From: Chloroflexota bacterium
GTDB lineage: Bacteria; Chloroflexota; JAJPGV01
NCBI GenBank assembly: GCA_050695655.1
Contig: JBOGTU010000166.1
Location: 1-58,474 of the forward strand
Direction of reading: 5' to 3'
DNA: 58,474 bases
The translations under genes and the position numbers were made by a program. Below the pieces are notes generated by a model. The model was not told the DNA's origin, did no database searches, and worked only from the letters and a program-made list of their open reading frames with translations. The first letter of the stretch is position 1, and each line of letters starts with the position of its first letter. Of the stretch, positions 26,429-34,851 are shown piece after piece.

Positions 26429-27114
26429 TGGTGGTGCTGCCCACCTACAACGAGGCGGCGAACCTGGCGCCGCTGGTAGAGCGGCTGTACGAATGGCCAG
26501 TGGACGTATTGGTGGTGGACGACGGCTCGCCCGATGGCACCGGCGAGCTGGCGGAGGGGCTCGCGGCGGCCAGCCAGGGCCGCCTGGAGGCGCTGCACCG
26601 GCCGGGCAAGATGGGCCTGGGCTCAGCCTACCTGCTGGGTTTCCGACGTGCGCTGGCGCAGGACTACCAGCACATCTTTGAGATGGATTGCGACTTCTCG
26701 CACGACCCCGCCTACGTCCCCGTGCTGCTGGGCGAAACCCAGAAGGCCGACCTCGTGCTGGGGTCGCGCTACGTGCCCGATGGCGGCACGGTGAACTGGG
26801 GCTTACCGCGGCGGCTCATCAGCCGCTTCGGCAGCGCCTACGCGGGGGCCATCCTGCGGCTGCCCTATCGCGACCTGACCGGCGGCTTCAAGTGCTTCCG
26901 CCGTTCAGTGCTGGAGGCGCTCGACCTGACCGCGGTGCGTTCCAACGGCTACGGCTTCCAGATCGAGCTGACCTATCGGGCGCACCAGCGCGGCTTTCGC
27001 ATCGTGGAGGTACCGATCGTGTTCCAGGAGCGACGGGCGGGCGCATCCAAAATGTCCCGCTCGATCGTCACCGAGGCCATGCTCATGGTCTGGCGCCTCA
27101 AGCTGGGGGCCTAG
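26413..27114 (+). CDS. Polyprenol-phosphate mannose synthase (GT2, Ppm1/DPM1-like)
   Basis: VVVLPTYNEAANL, VLVVDDGSPDGT, GKMGLGSAYLLGF, MDCDFSHDP and RYVPDGG are collinear with dolichyl/polyprenyl-phosphate mannosyltransferases. Confidence 0.85.
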   Translation: MRNSSVVVLPTYNEAANLAPLVERLYEWPVDVLVVDDGSPDGTGELAEGLAAASQGRLEALHRPGKMGLGSAYLLGFRRALAQDYQHIFEMDCDFSHDPAYVPVLLGETQKADLVLGSRYVPDGGTVNWGLPRRLISRFGSAYAGAILRLPYRDLTGGFKCFRRSVLEALDLTAVRSNGYGFQIELTYRAHQRGFRIVEVPIVFQERRAGASKMSRSIVTEAMLMVWRLKLGA

Positions 27115-27177
27115 AGGTTTTGCCGCCAGCTGCCGCCCACTCTTCCGACCGAGCCGCTATCCTCATGACCGGGGCAG

Positions 27178-27453
27178 ATGACTATGGCTACGAAATACGT
27201 TTCAAAGTCGCAGTTTCAGGCCAAGGCCTTCGAGTTGTTGCGCGAGGTTGAGGCAACCGGCGAGCCAATAGTCGTGACCCACAAAGGCGAGCCCAGGATC
27301 ATCGTCGCCACGGCGCGAACATTGGGCGCCACACTAGTCACCGCGGACGAGAGTATCCGCGCGTCCGCACCATGTGGTAGCGCTTCGACCCGGCCTGGCA
27401 TCCGGTATGCCCAAGATTCGCACCACCCGGGCGCGGAAAAGTCTCGACGCTGA
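27178..27453 (+). pseudogene. Decayed toxin-antitoxin locus: Phd/YefM-type antitoxin N-terminus fused to a VapC C-terminal fragment
   Basis: MATKYVSKSQFQAKAFELLREVEATGEPIVVTHKGEPRIIV is the Phd/YefM N-terminal fold. It joins directly to ATARTLGATLVTADESIRAS, a PIN toxin C-terminal motif. In the +2 frame the sequence continues YPRVRTMW-stop, a typical VapC end. Confidence 0.55.
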
Positions 27454-27488
27454 ACGATGAGCCTATGTCGGTTTTGGACTGCCTCGGC

Positions 27489-27947
27489 TTATGCCCGCCC
27501 CTGGGCACGGCGCAGCTCCAGGGGCACATCGAGTCGGATGCGCCAGAAGCCGGGCGACGGCGCTTTGGCGTTGTAGGCCAGCACCCGGCGATTGAGCTCG
27601 GCCGCGTGGTCCTCGAACGCTCGCACCGCGGTTCGCCACTCAGGGTCCGCGCCGTCGGAGCTCGGCCGCCAGGCAGCGCGCAGCCGGGCCAGCGCCGCGT
27701 CGATCTCGGCCTCCAGCTCCTTGCGTTCCTCGATCCAGGCCGGCGCGTAGCCATTGGCCTTGAGCACCAGATGCGCCAGGCGTAAGGCGGGGTCCTCGAA
27801 GGGGTTTCTGGCCAGGTCCAAGGGCTTGCCTTCGCCTGGCAGGCCGCGAAATTCGCCCTGTTCCATGGCCTCGCGAATTTTCTGGTCGGCCAGCGTTTCC
27901 CACTTGCGCATGGGCCACTCGTCCGCCCAGGAGGGAGGTCGGGGCAT
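27489..27947 (-). CDS. DUF1992 (DnaJC28-like) domain protein
   Basis: ADQKIREAMEQGEFRGLPGEGKPLDL...NPF is the signature segment of DnaJ-subfamily-C-member-28-like bacterial proteins. Confidence 0.7.
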   Translation of the reverse strand: MPRPPSWADEWPMRKWETLADQKIREAMEQGEFRGLPGEGKPLDLARNPFEDPALRLAHLVLKANGYAPAWIEERKELEAEIDAALARLRAAWRPSSDGADPEWRTAVRAFEDHAAELNRRVLAYNAKAPSPGFWRIRLDVPLELRRAQGRA

Positions 27948-27976
27948 GGGCTGAAGGGTACCGCTCGGCTGACTCT

Positions 27977-28012
27977 AGTTGCTGGCCTGCAGTTGCTGGG
28001 CTTAGTTGCTGG
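27977..28012. repeat. Three direct copies of AGTTGCTGG (CCAGCAACT on the minus strand) at 14- and 13-bp spacing
   Basis: Copies at 27977-27985, 27991-27999 and 28004-28012. They lie 30-65 nt upstream of the DUF1992 start (27947). The last copy overlaps the LigB-like stop codon. Confidence 0.8.
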
Positions 28013-28832
28013 AATAGTGGAAGTCGGCGATGCCCACGCCAATGAGCCAGGCGGGCACCGCGGCATAGAACAGCAGCTCGGCCGGATGAGCCTCGGCCGC
28101 CGACATCGCGGCGATCCAGTTGCGAATCTCCTCGGCCCCGTTCCCCGCGGCCAGCATCTCATCGCGCGAGAGGCCGATCAAACTCTCCAGCTGGCCAGCC
28201 TTGATGAGATCGAGGAACCGCAAGTCGAAGGCGTTATTGATGCTGCCTTGATTCGGCACGCCGATGAAGTGGGAGATGCCACCGCAGCCGATGATGGCCA
28301 CGCGATCGTCCCCCGGCGCACTCTCGATGGCCCGGCGCAGGGCCGCGCCAAAGGCCGCTGCGCGGCGCAGTGTAGGCAGCGGCGGCTGCACCGTGTTCTG
28401 AAAGATCGGGATCAACGGCAGGTCGAACTCCGGCATCACGAAGCGCACAGGCACGTAGGTGCCGTGATCCAGGGTGAGGTGCCAGCTCATGGCTGGGTCA
28501 AAGCCGGCCTGCTCCAGCAGGTGCTGGGCGATGTGCAGGCCCAGCGGCCGGTTGCCCTGCACCACCACCCGCTGCTGCCGCAGGTCGTCCTCCGGGCCCA
28601 CCCAGGAATCGCCCACACCCACGCAAAAGGTAGGGAAGTTGCCCAGGCTGAAAGCATTGAAATGGTCATTGCTGATGGTGATGAGGGTGGTTGCTCCAGC
28701 TGCTCGGATCCGGCGGGAAACTTCAGCGCAGCCGGCAAGCACGCCCTCGCATACCTCCGGCCCAGCCTTCTCGAAGGTGGTGACCAGGTTGGGCGCATGC
28801 CCCATGCCGAAGACGCCGACCACTTTTGCCAT
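28002..28832 (-). CDS. Class III extradiol ring-cleavage dioxygenase, LigB family
   Basis: GMGHAP, ISNDHFNAF, LDHGTYVP and IGCGGISHF are collinear with protocatechuate 4,5-dioxygenase beta / DODA-type enzymes. Start at ATG 28832 (MAKVVGVFGM). Confidence 0.75.
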   Translation of the reverse strand: MAKVVGVFGMGHAPNLVTTFEKAGPEVCEGVLAGCAEVSRRIRAAGATTLITISNDHFNAFSLGNFPTFCVGVGDSWVGPEDDLRQQRVVVQGNRPLGLHIAQHLLEQAGFDPAMSWHLTLDHGTYVPVRFVMPEFDLPLIPIFQNTVQPPLPTLRRAAAFGAALRRAIESAPGDDRVAIIGCGGISHFIGVPNQGSINNAFDLRFLDLIKAGQLESLIGLSRDEMLAAGNGAEEIRNWIAAMSAAEAHPAELLFYAAVPAWLIGVGIADFHYSSN

Positions 28833-29033
28833 GAGCCTATTCTGCCAGAGTGAGGCGAGAGAAGTTTGACCGCACAGCCATTCGCGGCCCTCTACCAACC
28901 CCTTGGAGCAAGTCATTTCGACTTGAACCGAAGTTCCCGGGCAACCCACCCGGTCGCCGCGGCATGTTTCCGGCCAAACTTATTGGGCAGGCCGCGGCCA
29001 GTCCAGCGCACGGATCGCTACAGTTTGTGTTGA

Positions 29034-29399
29034 ATGGCGGGGTTTGTGGTCAGTGTCACGCTGACGGGGACCATCCGCGTCATCATCTCCGTGGCCATCA
29101 CAGTGTTCATCGGCTGGCTGATCGGCCTGCTGCTGCGCCGCCTCTTGCTCTTGCGTTACCTGGCCCGGCTGGTGCTGGCAGCGCCCTGGGTCACAGTGTT
29201 GTACATCCTGGTTGGCGTCGTCATCGCCATCACTGCGTTTGGGGCCGGCCATCAAACGACGCTGGACAGCATCCTCGGCTCATTCGACGACTGGCTGCGC
29301 TGGCCCATGTATCTGCTGTGGCTGCTGACGGGCTTGGGCTTCCCGGCGCGCCGCCGCTGGCGCAAGCGGCCGCTCCCTGTTTCCATGGCCCTCGGCTGA
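29034..29399 (+). CDS. Hypothetical integral membrane protein (121 aa, ~4 TM)
   Basis: Hydrophobic segments separated by basic loops (LLLRRLLLLRY, ARRRWRKRP). No family recognised. Confidence 0.5.
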   Translation: MAGFVVSVTLTGTIRVIISVAITVFIGWLIGLLLRRLLLLRYLARLVLAAPWVTVLYILVGVVIAITAFGAGHQTTLDSILGSFDDWLRWPMYLLWLLTGLGFPARRRWRKRPLPVSMALG

Positions 29400-29468
29400 C
29401 CAGCCCCCTCAACCGCGGTCACCGCTCGCTCGCGCGTGCGTGATACACTTTGCCTTCCGTAGCACCTT

Positions 29469-29542
<74 letters not shown>

Positions 29543-29632
29543 GAGGAAGCCCCACGGTATGTGGCAGCATATTCGCTGACCACGAGCCCGGGGGTCAGGC
29601 TCAGTTTTCAGCGCGGCGTGGGCGGATAGGGA

Positions 29633-30925
29633 ATGCCAAAGTTTTTCGAATGGACCGTCGGCTGCCAGATGAACAAGGCGGATTCCGCCGAGCTGGCTAC
29701 CATACTGGAGGGCCGCGGCTACGAGCGGACGCTGGATGTGGAGCAGGCCAACCTCATCTTCCTGAACTCCTGCAGTGTGCGCCAAAACGCCGAGAACCGC
29801 ATGGCCGGCAAGCTGGGCGAAATGGTCAGCGTGAAGCGCAAGCGGCCCGATGCGCGACTCATCCTCACCGGCTGCATGGTTGGCGACGACACCGTGGCGG
29901 CACTGCCCAAGCGCTTCCCGTACGTGGACCTCTTCCTTAAGCCGGCGGACGTGGAGGGCTTCCGCGACTACCTGGACGAGGGTGATGCGCTGGAGTCGCC
30001 TGCCAAGGCGCGCTCGCTCGGTGTGTCCTCGTTCGTCAACGTCATCCGCGGCTGCGACAAATTCTGCACCTACTGCATAGTGCCTTACCGGCGCGGCGCA
30101 GAGAAGAGCCGCCCACTGGCGGAGATCGTGCAGGAAGTGCGCGACCTGGTGGCGCAGGGCACGCGCGAGATCGTGCTGCTGGGCCAAACCGTGGACTCGT
30201 ATGGGAAGGATTTTCCCGGCGGCCAGCCGGACCTGGCCAGCGTGTTCGAAGCGATACACGAGGTGGAGGGCCTCAAGCGCATCCGCTTCATGACCTCGTA
30301 CCCCGCCGACATGACGCCGCGCATCATCCACGCCGTGGCGGAGCTGCCCAAGGTGTGCGAGCACATCCACCTGCCCTGCCAGGCGGGTGACGACGACGTG
30401 CTGAAAGCCATGCATCGCACCTACACCTCCGGCCACTATCGCGAGCTCATCGGCCGCATCCGCGCGGATGTGCCGAACGTGGCGATCTCCACGGACGTGA
30501 TTGTCGGCTTTCCGGGCGAGACTGACGAGCAGTTCCAACACACCTACGACCTGCTGAAGGAGTTGCGGCTGGAAACCGTGCACGTGGCCTGCTATTCCGT
30601 GCGGCCCGGCACAGAGGCCTCGCGCAGCCTGCCCGACAGCGTCCCGCTGGACGTGAAGAAGGCCCGCCTCAAGGCCGTGGAAGCGCTGCAGGCAGGCATT
30701 TTAGAGGAGATCAACACCGGCCTGGTGGGCCGGCAGGTACAGGTACTCGTTGAGGATGATGCCTCAAAAATAAACCGCGGCGGCCCTCCGCAATGGCGCG
30801 GCCGTTCCCGGCAGAACACGCTGGTCTATTTCCCCGCCGGCGCGGCGGACCTGCGTGGCCAGGAAGTGACCGTCACTGTCGATCGCGCCAGTGCCTGGGC
30901 CCTGCAGGCAGAACAGGTAGCGTGA
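29633..30925 (+). CDS. miaB: tRNA-2-methylthio-N6-dimethylallyladenosine synthase (radical SAM methylthiotransferase)
   Basis: UPF0004 N-domain (VGCQMNKADS...NSCSVR...TGCM), radical SAM CDKFCTYC, and a TRAM-like C-terminus. Confidence 0.85.
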   Translation: MPKFFEWTVGCQMNKADSAELATILEGRGYERTLDVEQANLIFLNSCSVRQNAENRMAGKLGEMVSVKRKRPDARLILTGCMVGDDTVAALPKRFPYVDLFLKPADVEGFRDYLDEGDALESPAKARSLGVSSFVNVIRGCDKFCTYCIVPYRRGAEKSRPLAEIVQEVRDLVAQGTREIVLLGQTVDSYGKDFPGGQPDLASVFEAIHEVEGLKRIRFMTSYPADMTPRIIHAVAELPKVCEHIHLPCQAGDDDVLKAMHRTYTSGHYRELIGRIRADVPNVAISTDVIVGFPGETDEQFQHTYDLLKELRLETVHVACYSVRPGTEASRSLPDSVPLDVKKARLKAVEALQAGILEEINTGLVGRQVQVLVEDDASKINRGGPPQWRGRSRQNTLVYFPAGAADLRGQEVTVTVDRASAWALQAEQVA

Positions 30926-30932
30926 AAGAGCA

Positions 30933-31763
30933 ATGCAAGACCCAACAACGCTGTCATTACCACCCGAGGAGCGAGCGAAGTTCCGCCGGATTAACACCGA
31001 GCAAGCGATAAGCCTGGCGCTGTCCAGCAAGTGGGGCGATGCCGTGGAAGCCAACCAACGCATCATCGCCGTGTTCCCCAACGATGCCGATGCGCTGAAT
31101 CGCCTGGGCAAGGCCTTTTCGGAACTGGGCCGCTACTCTAGTGCGCTGGACGCCTATGAGCGCGCGCTCACCACCGACGCCACCAACACCATTGCCCAGA
31201 AGAACGTGGCCCGCTTGCGCGCCATGAAGGATGAATCGGGTTTGGCCCCCGTGTCGCAGCGCTACGACCCCTCGCTGTTCATCGAAGAGCCGGGCAAAAC
31301 CACCGTCACCAGCCTCGCTAATGTGGCTCCAGCCGACACGCTGGCCCCCCTCGCAGCTGGCGACCAGACGTCGCTGCTGCTGCGCGGTAACGTGATCGAA
31401 GTGCGCGACGTACGCGAGCAGTTCATCGGCCAGCTGGAGCCCAAACTGACCCTGCGCCTGCTCAAGCTGATCAACAGCGGCAACGAGTATGCCGCCGCCA
31501 TCACGGCCATTGACGAGCGTCAGGTGAAGGTCATTATCCGCGAGACCTTTCAGCACCCCAACAACGCCGGCAAGGTGGCCTTCCCCACGTCGGCCACCAC
31601 GGATGTGCGTCCCTACATCAAGGATTCGATGGTGCGCTACGACCTGGATGACGATGATGACGACTTCGGGGACGATGGCGACTACGGTTCGGACATGGAA
31701 GGCATGACCGAGGAGAACGCCGAGTCCTCGGACCTGCTCGAAGAGGAAAGCAGCGAGAACTGA
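30933..31763 (+). CDS. TPR-repeat protein with extremely acidic C-terminal tail
   Basis: TPR-like helices (NDADALNRLGKAFSELGRYSSALDAYERAL). The C-terminus reads DLDDDDDDFGDDGDYGSDMEGMTEENAESSDLLEEESSEN. It starts 7 nt after the miaB stop. Confidence 0.7.
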   Translation: MQDPTTLSLPPEERAKFRRINTEQAISLALSSKWGDAVEANQRIIAVFPNDADALNRLGKAFSELGRYSSALDAYERALTTDATNTIAQKNVARLRAMKDESGLAPVSQRYDPSLFIEEPGKTTVTSLANVAPADTLAPLAAGDQTSLLLRGNVIEVRDVREQFIGQLEPKLTLRLLKLINSGNEYAAAITAIDERQVKVIIRETFQHPNNAGKVAFPTSATTDVRPYIKDSMVRYDLDDDDDDFGDDGDYGSDMEGMTEENAESSDLLEEESSEN

Positions 31764-31926
31764 ACCGCTTCAAAATAGGGCCTTGCGCTGGTGTTCTATG
31801 CTTCACGGAAGCGCAATGGGAGGACAAAGCGCTGCACATACCCGGCCTCGGGCCCGGCCATTCCGGGTTGCGGGGTGAATTCGAGAACACCCATCGCAGG
31901 GTGAAGAAGCGAGTGAACGGCACAAT

Positions 31927-33651
31927 ATGAGCGCAATGCCACATCTTCCGGTCATCTCCAAGCAGGTGAGCGAGGCCCCTTCTCTGGACACGGTTCTCCT
32001 CATCGTTCCGCAGAACGGCTACTACACCGGTTTTCAGGGGCTGGTGCAAACCGAACCGTTGGGCATTGAGTTCATCGCCGGCGCGGTGACCCCGCTGGTG
32101 AAAGACGTGTACATCCACGATGATCGCATTGCGCCGGGAGGCTGGCAGGATAAAGTGCGCCAGCACCCGCCCAGCTTGGTGGGCATTGGCTGCCAGTACA
32201 CGGCGGATGTGCCGGCAGTGCGCAAGCTGCTGCACGCGCTGCGCGCCGAAATTGGGCCCGACGTGCCGATCATCATCGGCGGCCACCACATTGGCCTGCG
32301 GCCAGCGGACCTGTTCGTGCCCGAGGTTACGGCCATTGTGCGCGGGGCGGGCGAGACAACCTTTCAAAACATCGTCCGGGCTTGGGGCCGGCACCGTTCC
32401 GTGGCCAGCGTCCGCAACATCTGGTATCAGGACGGCGGACGCTTCGTGGCGAATGTCGACCCCATCGAGATCTCGCCGCGCTTCCAGTACAACGCGCCGG
32501 CCATGAACGAGCGCCCGCACCCGAGGCGAGACCTGGTGGAGGAATTTCGAGATGACTACTTCTTCCTCTTCTACCCCAAGGTCTACAGCGTAGAAACCGC
32601 CCGCGGCTGTCGCTACCGCTGCAGCTTCTGCTCCGTGTGGCAGCATCACCACGGCGAATATGAGGTGGAATCGCCCAACCGCACGGTGGAAGAAATCGCC
32701 TCGCTGCCCTCCAAATATGTCAACTTCGTGGACGATCTCGCCTTCTCCGACATCGATGGCGCTAACGAGCTCGCCTCGGAGCTGCTGCGCCTGGGCATCG
32801 ACAAGCGCTACTGGGCTCAGATTCGGGCCGACAACGTGTGGCCCAAAGACCCGGTGAAGCGCAAGAGGCATCAGCAAGTCTTCGAGCGGCTGGCCGAAGC
32901 CGGGTTGGACATGGTGCTGGTGGGCCTGGAATCGTTCGATCCCAAAGAGCTCAAGCGCGTCAACAAGGGCAGCACGGTGGAGCAGAACATGCGCGGCATT
33001 GAGTTCCTGCGCAGCATCGGCATCAAAATCTGGGGTGCCCAGATCGTCTTCCCCGAGTGGGACGTGTCGGACTTCGACAAGACGATCGCGATGAACCGGC
33101 AGCTGGGTATTGAGGTGCCTCAGTTCACCATTCTCACGCCGCTGCCCGGTACGCCGGACTACCGCCGCGCACTGGAGTCCGGCACGCTGCTGACCACTGA
33201 GCCAGGCATGTTCGACTTCTTCCACTCAGTGTTCAAGACCAAGCTCCCGCTGCCCGAGTTCTACACGCAGATCGCGCGCCTCTACAAGGAAACGGGCACC
33301 TGGGCCATGAATCCGGATGGCAGCGTGGCCCATCAAGAGCTGGCGAGCCGTGCGGCCCGCAGCATTTTCCGGGACATCAAAGAGGGCCGCACCATCCCCG
33401 CCGCCGTGCGCGCCTTCAAGGAGCGCTTCGAGGGGTTGCGCAACGAGCAGGTGCATCTGGCCCGGCTGGCGCAGTCGGCCCTGAATCAGGTGGGCGCGGC
33501 AGCGCTGCTGGAGAACGCGCAAAGTGCCCTGAGCCAGGTGGGCGAGGCTGCTTCAGCGCACCTGGAAGCCGCGCAGACGGCCCTGAGCCAGGTGGGCGAA
33601 GCCGCTCGCACCGGGCTCCAGCGCAAGGATCGCCGCCTCCTGGGCACCTGA
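31927..33651 (+). CDS. B12-binding domain radical SAM protein (class B rSAM) with C-terminal repeat tail
   Basis: N-terminal cobalamin-binding-like Rossmann region (VLLIVPQ...LGIEFIAG...LVGIGCQYT...IIIGGHH) and the radical SAM cluster motif ARGCRYRCSFCSVW. The C-terminus carries three AQ(S/T)AL(N/S)QVG(A/E)AA repeats. Confidence 0.8.
   Translation: MSAMPHLPVISKQVSEAPSLDTVLLIVPQNGYYTGFQGLVQTEPLGIEFIAGAVTPLVKDVYIHDDRIAPGGWQDKVRQHPPSLVGIGCQYTADVPAVRKLLHALRAEIGPDVPIIIGGHHIGLRPADLFVPEVTAIVRGAGETTFQNIVRAWGRHRSVASVRNIWYQDGGRFVANVDPIEISPRFQYNAPAMNERPHPRRDLVEEFRDDYFFLFYPKVYSVETARGCRYRCSFCSVWQHHHGEYEVESPNRTVEEIASLPSKYVNFVDDLAFSDIDGANELASELLRLGIDKRYWAQIRADNVWPKDPVKRKRHQQVFERLAEAGLDMVLVGLESFDPKELKRVNKGSTVEQNMRGIEFLRSIGIKIWGAQIVFPEWDVSDFDKTIAMNRQLGIEVPQFTILTPLPGTPDYRRALESGTLLTTEPGMFDFFHSVFKTKLPLPEFYTQIARLYKETGTWAMNPDGSVAHQELASRAARSIFRDIKEGRTIPAAVRAFKERFEGLRNEQVHLARLAQSALNQVGAAALLENAQSALSQVGEAASAHLEAAQTALSQVGEAARTGLQRKDRRLLGT
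33469..33603 (+). repeat. Three imperfect in-frame repeats (33-nt cores at 48- and 54-nt spacing) in the rSAM 3' end
   Basis: gcgcagtcggccctgaatcaggtgggcgcggca (33469), gcgcaaagtgccctgagccaggtgggcgaggct (33517), gcgcagacggccctgagccaggtgggcgaagcc (33571). Confidence 0.85.
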
Positions 33652-33748
33652 ACCACCTCCACCGTCTCGCCATCACGACCAAGCACTACCCGGTTCAATC
33701 GAGCGCGCGGTGAGCGCGCCGCGGCGGGCGCGGGCAGCCCTTCAGTCG

Positions 33749-34450
33749 CTACGCCCCAGGCGACCTCTCAACGCCTTGGAGCGCTTGCGCCACGGCTGTG
33801 CCTTCTTGCTCATCGCGCAGTCTCATGAGGCGATCTACCTTAACGATCGCCTCCGAGCGTGAGCGCGCCTCCAACTTCTCCAGAATGTGCGTGACATGGT
33901 ACTCCACCGCCTTGATGGAAAGGCCCAGCGCATCGCCGATCTCGCTGTTGCGCAAGCCGCGGCGCATCTCTTGCAGCACCTGAAACTCCCGCGGCGTGAA
34001 AGCGTCCATCTGCTCGGCCGGGGTGGAGCGGCTGTCCGGCGGCATCTCGCCGGCGATCACCTTGCGCAGCGCTTCGTGCAGCTCGCTGGTGGTGAGTGTC
34101 TTGGAGAGGCAGGCGCGCACGCCGATCTTGCGCAGGCTGCGCAGATACAGCATGTCGTCGAAGCCGCTCAGTATCACGACCAGGATGTTGGGCCAGCGTT
34201 CGTGCGCCACGCGCGCCACTTCCACGCCGCTGATGTCCGGCAGGCGGATGTCCAGCAGAATGAGGTCCGGCTGCAGATCTTCCAACTGCCGCAACGCCTC
34301 CCCACCAGTTGAGGCGGTGCCCACGATCTCCAGCTCGGGATACTGGCGCAGCGCGGCCTTGGTGCCCTCCAGCAACATCTGGTGATCGTCCACGATGATC
34401 AAGCGGACACGCTCGCCGGAAATACCTGGCCTCCTCCCCTTACGCAGCAC
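33749..34450 (-). CDS. NarL/LuxR-family response regulator
   Basis: Receiver domain (RLIIVDDHQ...DLILLDIRLPDISG...LSGFDD) plus LuxR HTH (FTPREFQVLQEMRRGLRNSEIGDALGLSIKAVEYHVTHILEKL). GTG 34450 is preceded by GGGAGG-catttg. ATG 34492 is the alternative. Confidence 0.8.
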   Translation of the reverse strand: MLRKGRRPGISGERVRLIIVDDHQMLLEGTKAALRQYPELEIVGTASTGGEALRQLEDLQPDLILLDIRLPDISGVEVARVAHERWPNILVVILSGFDDMLYLRSLRKIGVRACLSKTLTTSELHEALRKVIAGEMPPDSRSTPAEQMDAFTPREFQVLQEMRRGLRNSEIGDALGLSIKAVEYHVTHILEKLEARSRSEAIVKVDRLMRLRDEQEGTAVAQALQGVERSPGA

Positions 34451-34851
34451 CAAATGCCTCCCACAGCTCGGCCAGTGCTTCGTGGCGGCCAAAAGGGGGA
34501 GAGAGGCTGGCTGGACCCGAAATGACTGAGGATCTCTTCAGGCCCAGCCAGCAGAACAATCGGTGCTGGTGCCTCCTGGTCCGGTCTGCCCGGGCAGAGC
34601 CCGCGGAGGCGGTGGACGCCGCTGCCGGCACTGCGAACCCGCGTGCCGGGCGTTGCGTCAGGCTCATAGTGCCAGGGAAGGCGCGGGCTGTCGCTAGTGA
34701 AATCCCTAGAAGTTTGGCCGGACACATGCCGCGGCTGGGTGGGAGTGCCCAGCCGCGTCCGTTCAGTTCGCAGTGGCTCCTGCAGGGGCCGGCCGAGGGC
34801 CGCTCATGGCTTTGCGGCCAAACTTTTAGACACGCGGCCACGAGCAGCCCC

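Noticed and set aside
26391-28012. CRISPR array
   Set aside because: The only short direct repeats are the 14-bp tandem units at 26391 and the three 9-mers at 27977. They are too short, too few, and lack spacer-sized unique intervals. No cas genes are present.
31798-31878. 26-codon ORF (MLHGSAMGGQSAAHTRPRARPFRVAG) upstream of the radical SAM gene as a RiPP precursor
   Set aside because: It has no RBS, weak third-position GC bias compared with real genes here, an Arg-rich composition, and no Cys/Ser/Thr-rich core. It is most likely non-coding.
31618-33225. 535-aa minus-strand ORF
   Set aside because: It is antisense to the B12-binding radical SAM gene. It has an Arg/His-rich junk composition.
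33702-33720. Bidirectional terminator between the convergent rSAM and LuxR-type genes (GCGCGC-ggtga-GCGCGC)
   Set aside because: It is a short GC stem without U-tracts on either strand. Such palindromes are common in high-GC DNA.
34451-34851. Possible SRP RNA or RNase P RNA in the long intergenic region
   Set aside because: Some local resemblance to the 4.5S 3' half (GCGUGCCGGG...) was noticed. The diagnostic motifs are absent on both strands: GGAAGCAGC / GNRA-capped domain IV for SRP, and GAGGAAAGUCCGG for RNase P. The region is kept only as an unexplained structured region.
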